Below, one piece after another: positions 29,505-33,977 of a DNA stretch of 33,977 nucleotides. A model generated the notes under the pieces. It had not been told where the DNA came from. It worked only from the letters and a program-made list of their open reading frames with translations, and did not search any database. Position numbers and translations under genes: made by a program. Source of the DNA: a virus (Duplodnaviria > Caudoviricetes); the IMG/VR virus record IMGVR_UViG_3300032301_000597, positions 1 through 33,977 of that record; one strand, given 5' to 3'. How positions within the stretch are numbered: the first letter of the stretch is position 1; every line of letters begins with the position of its first letter.

Positions 29505-29837
29505 TTAAAACCCCACACTTTCCCCGCAACCACATGTGTTTTTCACAGCAGGATTATGCCACACAAACCTGCTGCCCATTTGATCAGTATGGTGATCCAG
29601 TGTGCTGCCCAATAACTTTAACACACTTGTCACAGGAATTACAACTTTATGACCGCAAATGTTGATTACTTCATCTGCAGGATTAATTTTATCTGGTGTG
29701 TGCAATTCAAATGTGTAGGAATGACCACTGCAACCCTTATTATTCACTCCCAGCATGAGCACATGATCATCATGGGCTTCCAATATGCTCACAATTTGTG
29801 TTTGGGCGCTGGGTGTAATTGTGATCACTTGTTTCAT
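29505..29837 (-). CDS. iscA: A-type Fe-S cluster carrier (IscA/HesB family)
   Basis: ITIT..A, GCSGHSY, L.GSTLD, F...NP....CGCGES motifs. AAGGAG RBS before ATG 29837. Confidence 0.9.
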   Translation of the reverse strand: MKQVITITPSAQTQIVSILEAHDDHVLMLGVNNKGCSGHSYTFELHTPDKINPADEVINICGHKVVIPVTSVLKLLGSTLDHHTDQMGSRFVWHNPAVKNTCGCGESVGF

Positions 29838-29918
29838 GTGGTGACTCCTTGTGGTCATATTGTGATGATTGCACAGTTGTTTGATCTCAAATTATTCACA
29901 GCCATGTGCACACAAACT

Positions 29919-30107
29919 CTATTTGTTGACACTACAGGAGCGATACTTTCCGCACTTTTCACAAGTCTGCACCACAATCAATTCTGAGACCATGTCAGGT
30001 GCTACATTCACATACATACCGTAGGCAGGCCTACGGTGTTCACGTTCATGAACCTTCTTCCATGCACATGGAATACCCACAATTTTGCACATTAACCATT
30101 TTAACAT
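29919..30107 (-). CDS. Small Cys-rich hypothetical protein (~62 aa)
   Basis: Likely start ATG 30107 (MLKWLMCKIVG.PC.W...QTCEKCGK) with AAGGA RBS. Confidence 0.5.
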   Translation of the reverse strand: MLKWLMCKIVGIPCAWKKVHEREHRRPAYGMYVNVAPDMVSELIVVQTCEKCGKYRSCSVNK

Positions 30108-30141
30108 TGAAGAATTTCCTTTTCCCTTATTCACAAAACAA

Positions 30142-30456
30142 CTAACCCACAGACTGCTGTAGCAGAAAATAAGTGAACCTTTCATTGAACCTGAGTGTCC
30201 ATGTGGGGTCTAATACATCCAGGTCATCTTTACAGATGGGCGCATAACCCTTCTTAACTTTTTCACCTTCCAAACGGAGTAGTTCACCATCCAGTACCCA
30301 GGAAGTTGCTCCATGCAACTTGAAACTGTATGCTTTGCCTATGCCACCCCAGAAGGCCCATATTAAGGCACCATGGGAAAACCAGCCCCACACTTTGTTA
30401 TGGTTTAAGTTTCCACAATGCCAAACATGGAAGTGCGTTATTTGGTCCAGAATCAT
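30142..30456 (-). CDS. WGR-domain-like protein
   Basis: HNKVW...AFWGGIG...K.KKGY resembles the WGR domain signature (WGR replaced by WGG). AGGAG RBS. Confidence 0.55.
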   Translation of the reverse strand: MILDQITHFHVWHCGNLNHNKVWGWFSHGALIWAFWGGIGKAYSFKLHGATSWVLDGELLRLEGEKVKKGYAPICKDDLDVLDPTWTLRFNERFTYFLLQQSVG

Positions 30457-30462
30457 TCCAAT

Positions 30463-30505
30463 CTCCTGCTATAAAAAATTATAGCAGGAGCATGTGTTAA
30501 GTCAA
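30463..30505 (-). promoter_or_regulatory. Sigma70-like promoter (TTGACT-16-TATAAT) overlapping a perfect 12-bp hairpin containing the RBS
   Basis: Minus strand: TTGACT (30505-30500), TATAAT (30483-30478). Inverted repeat CTCCTGCTATAA/TTATAGCAGGAG at 30463-30474 and 30479-30490. Confidence 0.65.
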
Positions 30506-30916
30506 ATGTGGGACTATATGTGCAGGCAACTTGTGAGCACTCACATGTCCTCTACGCATAATACGGCGTTCCACTAGATTAGGTTGCCAAAATTCTGTGA
30601 TTCGGGGTAGTGCCAGATCAGGTTTGGCTGCGCCACACATAAAAATATCCACAGCCAAAAGTCCCACTTCAGGATAGTGGTGCCAAGACACATGGGACTC
30701 TGCTAAAACTATCACACCTGTGGTACCACACCCTTCACCAAAGTTGTGACAATGCTTGAACAGCACTGTAGCACCTGCGTCTGCACATGCAAGGGCAAAA
30801 CTACTCAAAATAGAATCATGACAACCATGGTTTGTGACCTTCCATAGATCCACAATTAAATGGTTACCCACATAAATTTCACCTGCTTCACGGATGAAGT
30901 GCTCAAATACGTCCAT
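30497..30916 (-). CDS. speD: S-adenosylmethionine decarboxylase proenzyme
   Basis: G.HLIVDL, G.TGVIVLAESH.S.H.YPE (ES self-cleavage site), DIFMCG. Likely start ATG 30916 after GGAAGGA. Confidence 0.9.
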   Translation of the reverse strand: MDVFEHFIREAGEIYVGNHLIVDLWKVTNHGCHDSILSSFALACADAGATVLFKHCHNFGEGCGTTGVIVLAESHVSWHHYPEVGLLAVDIFMCGAAKPDLALPRITEFWQPNLVERRIMRRGHVSAHKLPAHIVPHLT

Positions 30917-31018
30917 AAAAGTTCCTTCCACGTTAAATGGCGGCTTTCGCCAGCATTTGAGGCCTCTCAACCCCATGGAAGGTAACTTTTCAGCGGTTTA
31001 CCTTCTGTCCCGCTCGTG
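30917..31018 (-). ncRNA. Candidate structured cis-regulatory 5' leader of speD
   Basis: Two GNRA-capped hairpins, a 16-bp SD-sequestering stem and a mutually exclusive H-type pseudoknot, directly downstream of TATAAATA (31031-31024). See findings. Confidence 0.55.
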
Positions 31019-31082
31019 ACTATTATTTATAAAATTTTATAATATGACCATTAAGAGATTATAATACACATACAAACTGATG

Positions 31083-31349
31083 TCATTTTTTATTTTCCTT
31101 AACTTCATCATTGCTGATACTGCCTGGATCATACAGCCAAATCTGAACAGGCTCTGAGATAATTTGTGCAGCTTGTACAGCTTTTTCCACAGTGGTCTTT
31201 CTAAGGAATTTTATGTCTGGGATTGCCTGGAACTGCCCTTGCGACGTTATCTTCTGCTTTGTGACAGCTTTGATCACAGTCTCTAATACTGCATCGCATT
31301 TTGCATTATTGCAGTGGTGACGATGATCCACTATATTAACACATGTCAT
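31083..31349 (-). CDS. Hypothetical protein
   Basis: 88 aa ORF with AGGA RBS and TAAATA (31380-31385, minus strand) upstream. Confidence 0.5.
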   Translation of the reverse strand: MTCVNIVDHRHHCNNAKCDAVLETVIKAVTKQKITSQGQFQAIPDIKFLRKTTVEKAVQAAQIISEPVQIWLYDPGSISNDEVKENKK

Positions 31350-31365
31350 GTTGTCCTGTGTGTGC

Positions 31366-31394
31366 TTGACTCTTTTGTATATTTAAGTTATATT
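31366..31394 (+). promoter_or_regulatory. Sigma70-like promoter for dCMP deaminase
   Basis: TTGACT (31366-31371), 17-nt spacer, TATATT (31389-31394). Confidence 0.55.
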
Positions 31395-31425
31395 ATGATC
31401 ACATTTATGTCAAGAGATTACTATT

Positions 31426-31908
31426 GTGAGCAACAAGTGGCAACACCGCTGGATCAAACTGGCACACGAGGTAGCAAGTTGGAGTAAAGATCAAGTGCAA
31501 GTGGGAGCTGTGCTTTGTGATCAAAATAGGAATCCCAGAGGGTTTGGTTATAACGGCATGCCCAGAAGTCTGGATGATAATATCCCAGACAGGCTGATCA
31601 AACCCAAAAAGACTTGGTATTGGGAGCATGCAGAGCGTAATGTGCTGTATGCTTGTGCCAGGAATGGAATCAGGTGCGATGACTGCACCATGTATGTGAC
31701 CCACTTCCCCTGCTGTGATTGTACAAGAGCAATCATTCAGAGTGGTATCAGATCTGTGGTGGTGGATGCTGCATGCATGGATGTGGACTCACACTTTTAT
31801 CAAAAATGGCACGAACAAATCACAGAAAGCCAGATCATGATGACAGAAGCAGGAGTACATTGGGAACTAGTGCAAATGTTGCATGGAGATGGTGAGACAG
31901 AAAACTAA
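31426..31908 (+). CDS. dCMP deaminase (cytidine/deoxycytidylate deaminase family)
   Basis: SKD..QVGAV, GYNG.P, HAE.N, YVT..PCCDC...IIQSGI zinc-binding motifs. Confidence 0.9.
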   Translation: MSNKWQHRWIKLAHEVASWSKDQVQVGAVLCDQNRNPRGFGYNGMPRSLDDNIPDRLIKPKKTWYWEHAERNVLYACARNGIRCDDCTMYVTHFPCCDCTRAIIQSGIRSVVVDAACMDVDSHFYQKWHEQITESQIMMTEAGVHWELVQMLHGDGETEN

Positions 31909-31920
31909 ATAGGAATTTAC

Positions 31921-32385
31921 ATGAACGAGGACATTACTGTGAGCGAATTAGGAAACAGTTTAAAAGTAGCTTTGGCAGACACATTTGTCATGATGACACA
32001 AGCATGGGGTTATCACTGGTCGGTAGAGGGTCCAAACTTCAAAAGTTTGCATGACCTGTTCAGTCTTATCTATACAGATCAACAGGAGGCTGTGGACCAA
32101 CTAGCAGAACACATTAGAGCACTGGACGAGTATGCACCAGGCAGCTTGAAGCGATTTTTGGATCTTACCACACTGGAAGAAGAAGTCAAGATCCCTACAG
32201 CCACCAACATGGTGGACAAGCTATTGGCATCCAACCTCAAGTTAATGGACAGTCTGAACCAAGCACTGGAGCAGGCCAAGGTTGTGAACAACGAAGGTGT
32301 GGTCAACTTTTTGGGTGCAAGATTGGAAATTCAAGCCAAGCATGGTTGGATGCTTAGAGCCACCAACAAGAAAGACAGGGCCTGA
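31921..32385 (+). CDS. dps: Dps / ferritin-like DNA protection protein
   Basis: HW.V.GPNF..LH.LF..IY......D.LAE.IR ferroxidase signature and K..WML C-terminus. TAAATA at 31906-31911. Confidence 0.9.
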   Translation: MNEDITVSELGNSLKVALADTFVMMTQAWGYHWSVEGPNFKSLHDLFSLIYTDQQEAVDQLAEHIRALDEYAPGSLKRFLDLTTLEEEVKIPTATNMVDKLLASNLKLMDSLNQALEQAKVVNNEGVVNFLGARLEIQAKHGWMLRATNKKDRA

Positions 32386-33027
32386 TTATTCCCAAATAAC
32401 CATTTTGAAACGCTCTGAAGGCAGACCAAAGTACTCGCATTTGTAGTCACTTTGTTCAAAGAATCCCAAATGATGCCAATCTGATTTCCTACGCAGCAGC
32501 TCTTGGGCTGCTGCGTCCCAATCTGTGTTTAGGAACTTTTGTTCCAGCTTTACTTTGAGTTGTGCGATTTCATCATAATCAAAGCTGTCAAATTCATAAT
32601 GCAGGATCTCAAATACATTTCCAGAGTCATCTGCCCAATCCATACTGAAATCCAATCCCCATTTGGGTCTCATCCTGCACACTTTGTGTAGCAGGGGCAT
32701 TTGCGCAGCCCATGTGTGCAACTGTGCTAGTGCCTCACCTTTATACGCCTTGCGTTCAAATATGAGTGCATGATTGATAATTGCACCATGGGTTTTTTCA
32801 TATTGATGGAACCATTCCTGTTTGAGGGCAATATGAGCATGATTGCGATGTGCACTATGCAAATTGTGATTCACTTGACTGTATAGTATTTCAATGGGGG
32901 TGAGATCATAGCCATTTTGATCAAATAAATGAACCCAATCTGATTGTGGTTGTATATGTGATGTGATAGGCACATGCCAGTAACCATTAGGGTTAAACAT
33001 GTGAGGAGTGAGTGTGATGTCTTGCAT
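32386..33027 (-). CDS. Hypothetical phage protein
   Basis: 213 aa ORF with typical globular composition. TAAATA lies 6 nt before the ATG. Confidence 0.7.
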   Translation of the reverse strand: MQDITLTPHMFNPNGYWHVPITSHIQPQSDWVHLFDQNGYDLTPIEILYSQVNHNLHSAHRNHAHIALKQEWFHQYEKTHGAIINHALIFERKAYKGEALAQLHTWAAQMPLLHKVCRMRPKWGLDFSMDWADDSGNVFEILHYEFDSFDYDEIAQLKVKLEQKFLNTDWDAAAQELLRRKSDWHHLGFFEQSDYKCEYFGLPSERFKMVIWE

Positions 33028-33070
33028 TGTGAATATTTATGTAACGTGTTTCATGTATAAATATTCACAA
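33027..33070. repeat. Perfect 14-bp inverted repeat formed by two back-to-back late-promoter motifs
   Basis: TTGTGAATATTTAT (33027-33040) / ATAAATATTCACAA (33057-33070) between divergent genes. Confidence 0.8.
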
Positions 33071-33090
33071 CTTATTTGGTGATAGTTTTT

Positions 33091-33977
<887 letters not shown>

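Overview
Window from a large (jumbo-type) tailed dsDNA phage genome, not a cellular chromosome. 1-17.9 kb is a mostly late/virion region: two paralogous tail-fibre cassettes, Gly-rich fibre genes, 960-aa and ~1538-aa virion proteins, and an embedded heme oxygenase (frameshifted at an A8 run) plus PcyX/PcyA-type bilin reductase pair. 18-23.4 kb holds a DnaE-like fragment, GroES, a HAD hydrolase and a fractured clamp-loader ATPase gene. That gene is split exactly at Walker A (GSPGVGK|T) by an atypically split intein (29-aa N-part, ~131-aa C-part). A free-standing Vsr-like endonuclease gene lies between the halves, with its RBS and start codon locked in a perfect 16-bp hairpin whose loop carries the phage late-promoter motif. 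23.4-34 kb has collagen-like and Ig-repeat virion proteins and auxiliary genes (IscA, SpeD, dCMP deaminase, Dps). The speD leader can fold into a candidate pseudoknot/anti-SD switch that looks like an undescribed riboswitch-type RNA. All calls are from motif recognition by eye; no database searches were run.
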